Assembly: GCA_951406725.2 (NCBI GenBank)
Contig: OX597837.1
Span: 22,010,001 to 22,074,000 of the forward strand
Source: Octopus vulgaris
Lineage: Eukaryota
DNA: 64,000 bases
Direction: 5' to 3'
The notes under the pieces were generated by a model. The model was given only the letters and a program-made list of their open reading frames with translations. It was not told where the DNA came from and made no database searches. A program made the translations under genes and the position numbers. How positions within the stretch are numbered: the first letter of the stretch is position 1; every line of letters starts with the position of its first letter. Shown piece by piece: positions 23,685 to 37,754 of the stretch.

Positions 23685-25394
23685 GCTTTTACTTGTTTCA
23701 GTCATTAGATTGTGGTCATGCTGGGGCACCACCTTAAAAAACTTTTACTCTAATGAATCAACCCCAGTACTTATTTTTTTAAAGCCTGGTACTTATTCTA
23801 TCAGTCTCCTCTTTTTTGCTGAACTGCTAAGTTGCAGGGATGTAAACAAACCAAAATCGGTTGTCAAGTGGTAGTGGGGAATAAACACACACACACACAA
23901 TGGGCTTCTTTCAGTTTTTGCCAACCAAATCCACTTGCAGGGCTTGGGTTGGCCCAAGGCTATAGTTAAAAACACTTGCACAAGGTGCCATGCAGTGGAA
24001 CTGAACCTGGATCGAAGTGGTTGGAAAGCAATTACATGCCTGCACCATATTGATTTCTTTTATTATGGTCCCTAGAATAGCATGCTAGGCTTTACCATCC
24101 ATCCATACATCCGTCCATACATCCATCCATCCATACATACATACATGCATACACATGAGTGGCTGAGTGGGAAGTAGCTTCCTTACAAACCACATGGTTC
24201 CGGGTTCGGCCTAAGGCTATCATCTACTATAGCCTTGGGCCGACCAAAGCTTTGTGAGTGGATTTGGTAGACGGAAACTGAAAGAAGCCCATTGTATATA
24301 TGTATATCTTTATGTATGCGTGTGTATATGTTTGTCTGTCTGTGTTTGTCTCCCCAACATCGCTTGACAACCAATGCTGGTGTATTTTCGTCCCTGTAAC
24401 TTAGCGGTTCAGCAAAAGAGACCAATAAAATAAATACTGGGCTTACAAAAGAATAAGTCCCGGGGTCGAGTTGCTCGATTAAAAAGGCAGTGCTCCAGCA
24501 TTGCCGCAGTCAAATGACCGAAACAAGTAAAAGAGTAAAAGAGTATACATACATATATACATGCACACATATATTCAAGGATACACACATACATACATGT
24601 ATACATACACCCATATACACTGGCACTCTGTTAATTACGACGACGAGGGTTCCAGCTGATCAACAGAATAGCTAGCTCGTTAAATTATCATGCAAGTTAC
24701 TGAGCACTCCACAGACACACCCTTGACATAGTTCTCAGGGAGATTCAGTGTGACATAGAAAGTGACAAATTTGGCCCCTTCGAATTAATTACAGGTACAT
24801 CTCATTTTTGCCAGCTGAGTGGAATGGAGCAACATGAAATAAAGTGTCTTGCCCAAGAACACCACATGTCACAGGGAATTGAACTCACGACCTTACGATT
24901 GTAAGCCAAATATCCTAACCACTTAGCCATATACCTTCACTTGACAAATACACACATAGATACATACACACACATATATATACACATACATGAGTGGCTG
25001 TGTGGTAAGTAGCTTGTTTACCAACCACATGGTTCCGGGTTCAGTCCCACTGCGTGGCACCTTGGGCAAGTGTCTTCTACTATAGCCTCGGGCCGACCAA
25101 AGCCTTGTGAGAGGATTTGGTAGACGGAAACTGAAAGAATCCCGTCGTATATATGTATATATGCATGTTTGTGTGTGTATATGTTTGTGTGTCTGTGTTT
25201 GTCTCCCCAACATTGCTTGACAACCGATGCTGGTGTGTTTATGTCCCCGTTACTTAGCGGTTCGGCAAAAGAGACCGATAGAATAAGTACTGGGCTTACA
25301 AAAGAATAAGTCCCGGGGTCGAGTTGCTCGATTAAAAAGGCAGTGCTCCAGTATGGCCACAGTCAAATGACTGAAAGAAGTAAAAGAGTAAGAG
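23685..25394. mobile_element. SINE cluster: B minus (23685-24045), B plus (24157-24543), D-like minus (24620-24930), B plus (24992-25394)
   Basis: Similarity to other copies in the window. Confidence 0.82.
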
Positions 25395-26280
25395 TATATG
25401 TATAATGTTCACATATGTGTCCCACTTGTTGAGTGGTTTATGATGAGCATTTGGTCTACAGCAGACATAGTTCAATTTCCATCCATGAGTCTGTTTACTT
25501 TCTTTTCCTGTCTAACAGGTATATTTACTCTGATAATTTTATGAAGTTGTTATTTATCCTATATATATTTAAAACTCAACTTGTGTGTCTGTGTGTGTGT
25601 CTGTGTGCATTTGAACTTCAAACTTCTGAATGCTTTGAACAAAAACAAAACACACACACACATGCTGTTATGCAAACCATTCGTTTGTTCATTTTATGTC
25701 TGTGTTTCCACGCTTGCATGGGTTAGATGAATATATTGAAGCATTATCTCACAGCTGGATGCACTTCTTGTTGCTTAACCTTAAACTTTTTTTTCAGGTA
25801 AGGCAACATGGATTCTGCATAGATTTTAAGGTACAAAGGGTTCAGATGATATATAGGCAGAAGACACTGATAACTACACTAATAAATACACAAATACAAA
25901 TACACAAGACAGGTGAAATGTTCTCTCAACAGCTCATACTCCATTCTCTTCCTCTAGTTTTGTATTTATGTTGCGCATGCACACACACACAAATCACAAC
26001 TAGTTTTAAGCCAATTAGACATATTTTGTTCAAATTGGGCCCTGTGCCAAGAGAGGGCCCCGTGCACATTCACAAGCAGTGGAAGATGCTATGATGAGTT
26101 TTTGGCATATCCTTGTGGCTGATGATGGAGCCACAAATCCTCAATGCTTTTTGGCAGGGACTGGTGTTCTACATGAAACACAAAACACAGATCTTCAGCT
26201 TTTGTAGAGTAGAGGATCCCACTAACAATTCTTTAATTCTTTGCTGAACCCTAATTATACTCATAATTATAGAATTTATA

Positions 26281-26884
26281 TCTATATATATAAAACTCAA
26301 CTTGTGTGTCTGTGTGTGTGTCTGTGTGTTTAACTTCCCGGCACATCTCCTCCTAGCCAACAAATCGTAGAACCACCAAAAATGGGTCACTTAAAGTTTA
26401 GGCGAATGAAAATTGAACTGCGCTATTTTTGTTCCGAAATTCATCTCACAAGTGCAAAAATCAATAATGTGTTTGTTTAGGCCTTATCCCATACATTGAA
26501 TAGTGGACTTTACTCAGTCAGCTGTTTGACGTGAACTGTATTCACCACGCGTGCAAGCATGCGTAAATTGCATGAAAAATAAAAAATCAAGATATAAAAA
26601 CGAATTGCTGTAAACTTTGTAGAAATTCGCCAAGAAATGAATTTTCGGGATGTAGCCTGGAGGGTTTTTTCATATTAATCGTTTCGACTTTGTGAACACA
26701 TACCAATTGTTTTCATAACATTTTTAACGCTTTGAATTAAATGTGACCATTTTGTGTTGAGTCTGCAGTTTGAATCACTTTAGCCAAATTTTAGCAGGCC
26801 AAATTTTTGATCATCACGATACATCGCCAGCGACTCCCTGAAACTCTCCCCTGAAATCCCCGTTGAGCCAGGCAATACTGCTAG
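26281..26884 (+). mobile_element. Non-autonomous Helitron
   Basis: 5' TC-TATATATATAAA, 3' CTAG preceded by a degenerate GC-rich hairpin, inserted between A and T; second 5'-end fragment at ~25557-25620. Confidence 0.75.
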
Positions 26885-26922
<38 letters not shown>

Positions 26923-27399
26923 ATATATATATTATCATCATCGTCATCCTTTAAAAAACAAGTTGCCAGCAGGCAGCTACGGGGAATTGAACCTCATACC
27001 CCTCACATACAGGCTGAATGCTTTGTACCATTAAGCTGAGCAGTCCCTTGCCTATATATATCTATGTATATGCATGTGTGTGTGTGGATGGGGGGTTGTG
27101 CTTGTGTGTGCCCTTGTCTAGATATCACACGACAATTATAAGTGAGCCACACCATCATACAAGCGACATGGTTTGTTTCCTGTCTTCAATGGTGAAAAAT
27201 TACGTTGCTTGGGAAACAGGTGAGGGTTGGTGACAGGAAAGGTATCCAGCCATAAAAAATTGTCCTCAACAAATTCCATCTGACCGTTGCAAGCATGGAA
27301 AAGTGGATGTTACGATGATGGTGATGATGACGAAAAGAAGGAATTCAATTTTTATTTAATACTTTATTGATTTGCAATGTTCAACTAAATATGTATCTT

Positions 27400-27750
27400 A
27401 TTTTTGTTTCAGTTATTAGACTATGGCCATGCTGGGGCACTGCCTCGAAGAAATTTTAGTTGAATGGATCAACACCAGTACTTTTTTTAATAAGCTTAGT
27501 ACTTATTCCATCAGTCTCTTTTGCTGAACCACTAAATTATGGGGACATAAACACCCCAACACTCGTTGTCCAGCAATGGGCTTCTTTCAGTTTCTGTCTA
27601 CCCAATCCATTCACAAGGTTTTGGTAGGCCCCAAACTATAGTGGACACTTGCCCAAGGTGCCACATTGTGGGACTGAACCCAGAACCATGTGACTGGAAA
27701 GCAAACTTCTTATCACACAGCAACATACACACACATATATGTATGTATAT

Positions 27751-27782
<32 letters not shown>

Positions 27783-27809
27783 AGAGAGAGAGAGAGAGAG
27801 AGAGAGAGA

Positions 27810-27872
<63 letters not shown>

Positions 27873-27880
27873 TAGATAGA
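27400..27880 (-). mobile_element. Diverged SINE B followed by (TA)(GA)(GACA)n repeats
   Basis: Similarity to B; repeats seen directly. Confidence 0.7.
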
Positions 27881-28654
27881 TGTATATATCTATCTATTAT
27901 CATCATCATCATTAAACATTTGTCTGACAAACTGACAATGGTGAATGGTTTGAATGGGGCTGATGTTGGTAGACTGCATCATGGATCAGTGTCTATTTTG
28001 GCTGTGACTAATTTCTCTTCCTAATGACAACCATTTTACCAAATGTACTGGATCCTCTTTCCTATTTTCCTATTTGTGTGTGTGTGTGTGTGTGTGTTTG
28101 TGATACCAGCACTTGTGAAAATTGCCTTGTAACTTTCAAGGTTAAATCTCTAAAGTGTTTCCAATAAATGAACAATAGAAGAGAGGTTAACAGATGGTCC
28201 TCGGTGGAGGTGCAAAGGTAGTAAGAGTGGAGGATGTACATGTGCATACTCACACACATTCGACAGTCTTCCATACAGTTTCTGTCTAATAGATTTTGGT
28301 AACAAGATGTCCAATGAAAAATTTGAAACCTAAACTCTCAGTCCACTACAGTATAGAAAGACAAAAGAGGTCACACTGTTAGTGGTCATTGTTAGTGACC
28401 ACCACAAAAAGCAAATGGAAAGATCTTTGATCTGATGAAGAATCTTTGATCCAAAAGCACTCATGTGAATAAACCTAACCTGACAACAAGGCTATCCACA
28501 GACTTCATGTGGCATGAAGTTCTATCTACCTTTATATCTATCTGTCTGCCTGCCTATCTACTTATCTATCTATTCAGTTACAGTATTTCAACCTCCTCCT
28601 TTACCTCTCCTACTAATGGTGTTACCCTCTTGTTTTTCTATACCTTACCATAAC

Positions 28655-28889
28655 CTATTTCTTTACTACACACAAGGGGCTAAACACAGAGGGGACAAAC
28701 AAGGACAGACAAACGGATTAAGTTGATTTCATCGACCCCAGTGCATAACTGGTACTTAATTTATCGACCCCGAAAGGATGAAAGGCAAAGTCGACCTTGG
28801 CGGAATTTGAACTCAGAACGTAACAGCAGACGAAATACCGCTAAGCATTTCGTCCAATGCGCTAACGATTCTACTAGTTCGCCGCCTTA
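28655..28889 (-). mobile_element. SINE family A1
   Basis: Full-length; taccataacc duplicated on both flanks. Confidence 0.88.
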
Positions 28890-28994
28890 ACTATACCATA
28901 ACCATGTTGCCTGAGATACACCAGCACATTATTCTCAGTCCACTGGTCACTTTTCTGACCGCTTTCAAAATGTTTGCTTTGTCTATTTCTTGTA

Positions 28995-29705
28995 ATCTTT
29001 TATCCTTTACTTGTTTCAGTCATTGGACTGCGGCCATGCTGGGGCAGCACCATAAAGGGTCTAGTCAAACAAATTGACCCCAGAACTTTTTTCTTTTTAA
29101 GTCTGGTACTTATCATATCATTCTCTTTTGCTGAATTGCTAAGTTAGAGAGGGGGAAACAAACCAACGACAGTTGTCAAATAGGACACACACACACAATA
29201 CATACATACATACGTACGTACGTACGTACGTACATACATACATACGTACGTACATACATACGTACGTACATCCATGCATCAGACTGGATTCTTTCAGTTT
29301 CTGTCTAATCAAATCCACAGCCTGGGTCTATAGTAGAAGACATTTGCCCAAAGTGCCATGCGATGTGATTGAACCTGGAGCCATATAGTTAGGAAGCAAA
29401 CGTCTTACCACAAAGCCACTTCTACACCTGAGAACAGCAGTTTCTCTTTTGTTTTTGCTGTAAATATAGATTTGACCCATTAAGCTGTTTAACAGTTTTC
29501 TTTCGACCCAGAGGTCAATCGCATTCAATATGAAAGGCATTGATCAAAAGTAATCACTAGCAGTTTCCGTCAACGAAATCCACTCACAGATTTGGTGGAT
29601 CTGAGGCAATAGTAGAAGACACTAACGCCGCAAGGTGCCACACAGTGAGACTGAACCCAGAACCATGTGGTTGGGAAGCAAACTTTTTACCACACAGCCA
29701 CTTAT
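28995..29705 (-). mobile_element. Diverged SINE B copies (28995-29425 and 29560-29705)
   Basis: Similarity to B. Confidence 0.7.
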
Positions 29706-29964
29706 GTATATAAACACATTTTTCTTTAGGAAATGTTCTCTGTTACGTTCGTGTCTTCAAGAGTTGAGAGGAAAACTGCTCTGATTTCCGTAGCTTTCTC
29801 ATCCCACGACAACAGATTAAATATGATTAAGTATGGATCAACTATTATTTCGCAATTACACCAGTTGAAAGACTGCTTGCGTAAATTATGTAACAGAGTA
29901 GTCTCCCTTCAATAGTACTATGGCACATTAATCACTGTGTTTAGTTATAAGTTACTTGAAATAA

Positions 29965-30310
29965 GTGGAGGCGCAATGGCCCAGTGGTTAGGGCAGCGAA
30001 GTCGCGGTTTCGATTCCCAGACCGGGCGTTGTGAGTGTTTATTGAGCGAAAACACCTAAAAGCTCCACGAAGCTCCGGCAGGGGATGGTGGTGATCCCTG
30101 CTGTACTCTTTCACCACAACTTTCTCTCACTCTTATTTCCTGTTTCTGTTGTACCTGTATTTCAAAGGGCCGGCCTTGTCACTCTCTGTGTCACGCTGAA
30201 TATCGTGTGTGTGGAGTGCTCAGCCAATTACACGTTAATTTCACGAGCAGGCTGTTCCGTTGATTCAGATCAACCGGAACCCCCATCGTCGTAACCGACG
30301 GAGTGCTTCC
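29965..30310 (+). mobile_element. tRNA-headed SINE family D
   Basis: A-box TGGCCCAGTGG, B-box-like GGTTTCGATTCC; 3' part shared with 24620-24760 and 53388-53500. Confidence 0.75.
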
Positions 30311-30385
30311 ACCACTTAAAATAACGTGAGAATTTAAAAGGCTAGAAATAACAGCCAAAATTACCTTTACAAGACATACATACAT

Positions 30386-30660
30386 TGTTTGTTTGTTCCT
30401 TCTCGAGCCATGTTTGTCTCATTAAGGCCGGTTTCTCAGTTTCCTTGGTGTGTAGGTTCCCCACCGGTCCGTCGCAGTTGAGCTGCAAGATGCAGGAGGA
30501 AAGAGGGAGAGAAAGTTGTGGCCAAAGTCAGGAGAAATTCGCCATTACCTTCTGCCGCTGCCGCGTGGAGCTTAGGTTTTTCGCTCATAAACATACACAT
30601 CGCCCGGTCTGAGATTCGAACCCGCGATCCCTCGATCGCGAGTCCACTGCTTTAACCATA
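30386..30660 (-). mobile_element. tRNA-headed SINE family E (head related to D, different tail ending (ACAA)n)
   Basis: TGGTTAAAGC..GGGTTCGAATCTC head; gagcgaaaaacctaagctccacg block shared with D. Confidence 0.72.
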
Positions 30661-31132
30661 CCGGTATGTTAAATAACAGCAAAAATTCTTGATTTATTAA
30701 AATAATCTCTACCTCTAGTATCTATCTATATGTATAATTTTCGTTGCGTCCTGCAACTTTTCCAATAGTCAAGACTATTGAAAAGATTGCAAGACGCAAC
30801 GAAATATTTAGGAAAATAAAAATAAGAAGCAAGTGGAAATTTTTACCGGTGTGTGTGTTAAATTATAAAGCACACAAAGAAAATGACACTCCCCAGACAA
30901 CAGAATATCGACATTTGAAATATCATTTAACATGGTTTAGAAAATAACGGGAGATAACTTTTGAAACACTCATTTAAATTATCTCCCTTTGATTCATAAT
31001 CCGTACAACTGAAACAAGGCCAGAAATTTTTGGGGATAGGACAAGCGGAATTACTGGCACCAATAACTGACTGGTACTTCAGTTGTTCAACTCCAGAGGG
31101 ATGAAAGACTAAGATGACGGCATTTGAAACCA

Positions 31133-31517
31133 AAGGAAATAACTACTATTCCCTTCAAACTTTGCCTTTGTGACTTGGACATCAATGTTTTGAAACTGAC
31201 TTATTTTCCATTACATTTCAAACAGATTCAGCACTGAGTTGCTGAAGCAGAAATATCATTATAGTAAATATTCTACTCAATACCAGAGATTTGCTTGACT
31301 TGAACCACTTGAGCATGTCACTTAATGGCTGACACTATGAGCAAGAGTGATGGGGGAATATCATAGCCATGTGTTGAGAGAGATTCTTTGGGGTTTGAAT
31401 AAATGTAAAAGCAAATTTTGAAGGAAAATATTAGCCATACTTTCATACTTTCTAGAAGTAAGCAAATAAGAAATAACAGTTGCTAACGAAGGTAAAAAAT
31501 CATGTTACACAGTGTAA
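31133..31517. mobile_element. Second, inverted copy of the 4098-4560 DNA element
   Basis: Reverse-complement similarity over ~380 bp, ending gttacacagtgta. Confidence 0.7.
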
Positions 31518-31839
31518 TGCAATATCAGAAGCAGAGTCCAGATTGGCCAAAACGTTTTACTGTTTCCACTGGATACCATATTCCTTGCTGTCAATTGCAT
31601 TTTTTAATGATGAAATCAACAATTATAAAAGAGCTTTAACTCCAAATAAAAATGACACGAGGTAGAGTGAGGTCCTTTTAGTCCTACTGGTACAGGAAAA
31701 TCCTACCCAACTAATCTATACTATAAGATGGCTGGTGATAAAAAGGTTATCCAGCTATGAAAACTATGCTACATGATATAATAGAGTAATATTTGACTTA
31801 TTTATTTATTTATCTACTTTTATTGTTGTTGTGTGTACC

Positions 31840-32290
31840 AGGACTACATGTGGCAAGACACTGTGAAATCATTGCAAAATGACATGTAAAAGGCACCCAT
31901 GCTGTTGACACATAAAAGACACCCAGCACATTCTGTCAAGGGCATCCAGACATAGAAACCATGCCAAAAAAGATGAGTAAGATCACAGCAAGATGTTGTT
32001 TGTGAGAGGCTCAAGGAAAGATGTGGGACTGCTACATGTGGTGAGAAACTGTGAGATCATTGTAAAGAGATGTGAGAATGTTACACGTGGTGAAAACCTG
32101 AGGCCATCAAAGTAAGATGGTGAAACAGCTACATGTAGTGAGAAATTAAGATCGTACTAAAGAGATGCAAGAATGCTACATGTGACAAGCAGCTGAGATC
32201 GTGGCAAGCTGTTGTGAGACTGCTACATGTGGCAGGAGACCCATGAAATCGTGGCAAGAAGCTGTGAAACTGCTACAAGTGGCTAGGAAA
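31840..32290. repeat. Diverged ~48-bp minisatellite (gctacatgtggtgaga..gagatc)
   Basis: About 6-7 recognisable units. Confidence 0.7.
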
Positions 32291-33639
32291 TGCTTGTGTG
32301 GCTATTGCAGCACTTATCAACTTGGAAATAAAATAAAAATGTTTAAAAATGAAATAACAAAATAATGATGACAGTATTTCAAAAACTTTGTAAATATTTT
32401 ACTTTATTTCTGGAAGAAATATTTTCTTTTATATTTTATATACATATCTTTCAAGAAATATGCTATCCCATAATGTTTCTACCCTTCTTTCCATTATCAT
32501 TAATATTATCATTATATCATTGTAATATTTGTGTCTGGATCTCGTGGCCGTGTGTTTGGAGCTCTGTAAGTTTTCCTTAAAATTTGTCTTATTGTTTGCC
32601 TTTCCAAATTTTGTTGAACTGTTGAGTACATAACCCAGCTCACTGTAAGCAGTGCTAGCTGGGGTGTCGAGAATTTGCCCTTCAAGGGCAAATTTTGAGT
32701 TAAAAAAAACAAAAATTCAATATGATTTTCCAAATTGAGGGGACACACAGTTCTTGAACAGCAATTTTGAAGTCGAGTTCCCTCCACTAATTAATGTGGT
32801 TGAGAGGCAGAGCAAAGACAGCAGCAATGACCAAGATAAATTTGGAAATGATGTAAGTATGACATCAACTACCATACGAAGCACTTATAAAATTAGTAAA
32901 GCAACAATGACAGTTGCTTTTTCTAAGCAGAAACACAGTGAGTTCAGACAGATATGCAGAAAGACAGAAGAGGTAGAGATATCAGAAAGGGAGTTGGTAA
33001 ATGCACCTAACCAGGACTGGCAGAACAGTCCACCTTAAAACAGCAGAAGAGTAAGAAGTAACAAGAAGACAAACAATCTTATACAGATGTGTATCTGCAA
33101 AGGCAAGAAGGCTAGAAAGAGCTGCAAAAACTGCAAAAGCAATTATAGTAGCAGCAACAGCAACCAGAACAGAGAATTCACCAACATCTATGGCTTTCAC
33201 ATACCAGACAACAGTAAAAAGCTCCACAAGACATGTCTCTTCCATGTTCAGAGCAGTCAGACAATTCCTGCAGTGAGGGAGATGATGAAGAGCCCAATTG
33301 GCAAAATGTCAGCAGGTTTCACAGAAGAAAAATAAAAATATACCGACATCAATACAAAAATCTGGCAGGTATGATCAGAGTGGGGAGACACCTTTGGGGA
33401 CAATACACAAATATTACCCCCAACAGCAGCTATATCAATACCACCAACATCATACACATCACTATCACCACAACCACCATCACAAGCACACCCCAATTTA
33501 CACATACAACTCTCAGATCCCACATCTCAACTTCAACAAAACTCTAACATTATGAAGTACACAACAATAAATATGAACAATAAAGAACTGATGGAACACT
33601 TATATAGGGGGGAGGTACCTATGTTGGGCCATTGGGTGT

Positions 33640-34272
33640 GTGTCCCTCCTCCCCTCACCTATAGGCTTTTCCACAAATTCCTGGCCTAGCAGTGCTACCA
33701 AGGTGCAATGCTGGTTCGTCATAAATTCTACAGGTATTGAAGTGCAAACAGGCAGGCTTGCCCAAGATGCATGTAAAGTGACAAAACTGTTCTGCACATC
33801 CTTGTGCAGTGCCTGAGCATTGCTGACTTGTGGATTTATGTTGAACACTTGCTGTCATGTGTAGGATGAATCTGGCTATTGGCCGAGTCCATTGTGAAGA
33901 TCACCCTGCTGCCTTCCTTTGGCCATGAAGGGCTGGTGCAATGACTTCAGGTCACTAAATGTCGATGTAGTGGCCATCAGTGAAACCAGACTCACCAACT
34001 GTTCATGTCCATTTTTGGTGGATATGAGATCTATTTATCTCCATGTCAATTGGGAATGGGAGGTGGAACTGTGGTGTTGTTCTGAAGAGGCCTCAATCAC
34101 AAAATAAGGACTATTTTCCTGGACCCAGAAGGTAAGTTGGTGGTCCTGGATGTGAACAGTAGTGATGGAATGGCTCTTTTGCAAGAGCAGGACAGCAAGA
34201 TTTCTTCAGACACCTGGAGGTTTTCTCAGAAACGTTACAACGTTTAGTGTTAGTAGGTGATTGGAATGCCAT
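33640..34272 (+). pseudogene. Tx1/L1-like ORF2 fragments (C-terminal Cys/His region, then APE endonuclease)
   Basis: LHILVQCLSIADLWIYVEHLL matches the ORF at 50263-50691; then DVVAISETRL..LDPEGKLVVLDV..LVGDWNA. Confidence 0.7.
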
Positions 34273-34879
34273 GGCGAATACTAAGAACATACCAATGAAG
34301 CTGATGTTGACATATTTTTCACCTTTCAGTCATTGAAAAATGCAAGGTTAAAGGCAGAAGCTTTACTAATCCACAGTTAGCAGACAAATACACTTCGGAA
34401 TACATTGTATGTGTTATGCAGTACCCAAGTAAAAATGGTTGACCATGTTCTTTAATGGCTGCTAATGAGTTTAAAAAGAATCGTGATCAAATAGGGCCAT
34501 ATTTTCCATCAGAAAACCTGGAAGCACTATGGCAAAGAAATGACTAAAAATTAGAAATATTAATCTTGGAATATTTGAGGAAATAGTTGCAGATGTGGTG
34601 CAGGTAGAAACACAGAAACTCAAAAAAGCATAAATGGACACAAGAGGAATATGTTTCTATTCTACACATTAATTTTACAGCAGTACTCTACCCACAAAAT
34701 GAAAATACAGCAGCATCCTCATGAAAAATCTGGAAAGGAAATAACTCAGATGAGGATATAATGATGAACCCTAACAATCTAGTCAACATAAGGAGATATT
34801 TTTTCTGAAAATTAAAAAAACAAAACAGAAATTGAAAAAGAGCAGTTAAAAAAAGTTCTCTAGGGCCATAAAGACCTAA

Positions 34880-35885
34880 TATACATCCCTGCGCTTTGCT
34901 AAAAACTTCTCACACATCTGCCTTACTACAAATATCTGATCAGCACACTCCCTTCCACTCCTAAAACCACACTGCTCCCAACCTAGTACATTCTGCCTGG
35001 TTCCTCACTCTTACAATCAGAATTCTCCCAGTTTACCAACCGCACATAACAGACTTATACCCTAAAATTTCAACACCCACATTTATCCCCTTTCCCTTTA
35101 TACAGTGGCACTATACAGGCATTGCACTAGTCTTTTGGTACTCTTCCAGCCATATAACAAACATTCATAAGCCTTACTAACCACTGAATCACTGTCACTC
35201 CTCTTTTCTTTAGGCGTTCCACTGTACATCCATCTATACTGGTTTGCCATCTTCACCTCTTCTCAATTGCATTGTAGTTCCATTCCCTAATAACAGGGAT
35301 TCTCCTTCTACAGCCCCTATATTTGCCTTCTTATCATCCTCCTCATTTAACAGTTCACTGAACTACTCTGCCCAACTCTTTTGTACATCCTCACTTCCTT
35401 TCAACAAATTTCCATTTACGTCATTCACCCTTTCTTCCCTCCCTCCAACCACCTTCCTTACCCTCTATACCACTTTCCAAAAAATCTTTTAATTCCTTAC
35501 AAAATATTCACTCAACTTTTTCCTGAGCCTTTCAATTGCTTCCCATTTCACTCCCCTCACCACTCTCTTCCCTTTTCTGTAAAGATCATAAGCCTCTCCA
35601 TCCTTTTTCTGCATCCACTCTTCAAAGCCCTTATGTGCTCATTCCACCACTCACTACCTTTCCTCCCACCCTTTCCAACCACTCATGTACCACATACCTC
35701 AGAGGCACATCTCATTACTGCCTCTCTAAAGGCCTCCTACTTTGCCTCTATATCTCCTACCTCCTGTTTCTTAACCTGTTCATATTCACCTCTCAATTTC
35801 TCTACATACTCATGCTCCTTCTCTCTCCTATCCAGTTCACTCACCTTCACAACCTCTCTCCTCCGTCACTCGTCTAGCATTCCAT
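34880..35885 (-). pseudogene. RTE-clade LINE fragment (EN-RT linker to start of RT)
   Basis: Minus-strand remnants GSEWWNE..KKIFWK..VPLYKGKGDK..NFR. Confidence 0.7.
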
Positions 35886-36447
35886 TTTGAGCATACCTCA
35901 AGTAAATAATGAAAGACAACAAACCCTAGGAATGCATGATGACAGCCAAACAGCAGTAGATCAGACCACCACAAACAAAAATATAAATGGGAAGGATCAT
36001 GGAGCAAACCTAAAAACTGGAAACTATGAATTCAGAAACCATGATTATGATACTTTAAAAATGTGTATAATCAAAGAATTAAAAGCCACAAAAGAACTCA
36101 GCATTGACCACTGACTGTATCTCCCCAAAAAATAGACAGCAAAAACAAAGAAAAACAAATATGGTCATCACAAATGCAACAGAAGCAAAGGTCATTATGA
36201 CCAGATTAAATGAAACAATATATGTGACAGCCTCTGTAGCCTCAAAGGCAAGTGGATACTCCCTCAAATATATCCAAATAGGAGTATCACAACCTAAACA
36301 GATGGTATGGAAAACTAATATCCAGAAAAAAAAAAAAGAAAGAAAATAAAAGGATCTGTCAATCCTTAATTAACCAAAATAACCAAACAACACTACTAGG
36401 CAACAAGAAAGAAAAATAATACTACAGAAATATAAAGTAACAAGAGG

Positions 36448-36850
36448 CTGAAGACGCTCAACCTTTATTCTCTAGAAAAACGCCGCCACCGTGGTGATCT
36501 CATTCTTGCTCACAACATCATAAGCAGAAAGTGTAACCTCTCGAAAGAGCTGTTCTCCACTCCTGCTCCAGAGTGTTGGCTGCGGGGTCACTCCGAAAAG
36601 CTCTATCTGCGACGATTTCATCTCAATCGAAGGAGAGGGGCTTTCTCCGTCCGGGTTGCGGATCCGTGGAATAAGCTGCCGGATGAGATAGTGAAGATGC
36701 TGACGACCGCTCGGTTCAAAGTCTCCCTTGACCACAAGTGGCCTGAACTCTTTATATGAACACCACCCTGTACATAACTCTATGTCCCCCTACATGGCCT
36801 TGCTTTTCGCTTTTTGAGCCAAAAAATTAACTAACTAACTAACTAACTAA
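36448..36850 (+). mobile_element. Young 5'-truncated CR1 LINE 3' end with (CTAA)n tail
   Basis: Open frame LKTLNLYSLEKRRHRGDLI..LRGHSEKL..FSVRVADPWNKLP..FKVSLD*; CpG-rich; tail ctaactaactaa. Confidence 0.85.
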
Positions 36851-37170
36851 AAGAATAACTATGGTGAGATATCCTCACCAAAGCACAAAGAATCTGTTGG
36901 TATGAGAAATAGCAATGATTCTTTGTATGAAAGAAGCAGTTTAACTCCAATCCAAAACAATTCTACCAAGAATTTGGTGAAAATAAAAGAGAACCGGTAT
37001 CAGCAGCAGCAGCAGAACTGGAAGAATTTTGGAAAGAAGTAAGGGTGCTGAAGGAACTACTCCAGAAAAGATTGGTTAAAACAAGAAACACAGCACCTGA
37101 ATAACTCTGGACACCTATAATAACTATAACAATTGAAGAGGTAACGCAGGCACTGCAAAACCTACACAAT

Positions 37171-37386
37171 TTACTCTTTACTCTTTTATTTATTTCAGTC
37201 ATTTGACTGCGGCCATGCTGGACCAACGCCTTTAATCGAGCAACTTGACCCCTGACACTTATTCTTTGTAAGCCCAGTACTTATTCTATTGGTCTGTTTT
37301 GCCGAACCGCTAAGTGACGGGGACACAAACACACCAGCATCGGTTGTCAAGCAATGCTTGGGGGACAAACACAGACACACAAACGC

Positions 37387-37419
<33 letters not shown>

Positions 37420-37568
37420 TACGACGGGCTTCTTTCAGTTTCTGTCTACCAAATCCACTCACAAGGCTTTGGTCGGCCCGAGGCTATAGTAGAAGACACT
37501 TGTCCAAGGTGCCACGCTGTGGGACTGAACCTGGAACCATGTGGTTGGTAAACAAGCTACTTACCACA
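37171..37568 (-). mobile_element. SINE family B
   Basis: Near full-length. Confidence 0.88.
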
Positions 37569-37754
37569 GGTTTTTTTTTTCAAACTCACTTTTATTTATG
37601 TTTATCATGTTTAATATGTGTTAAAAGTGTACAAATTTTGAATTTTGTTCATAATTTTATTTTCATTCCTGTTGGACCCCTCTTATTTGTCCGTGACAGC
37701 TTTTTTCCAATTTGGCAGCAATAATTTTCTTTACCGCTGTCCCCAAGCTGGAGC

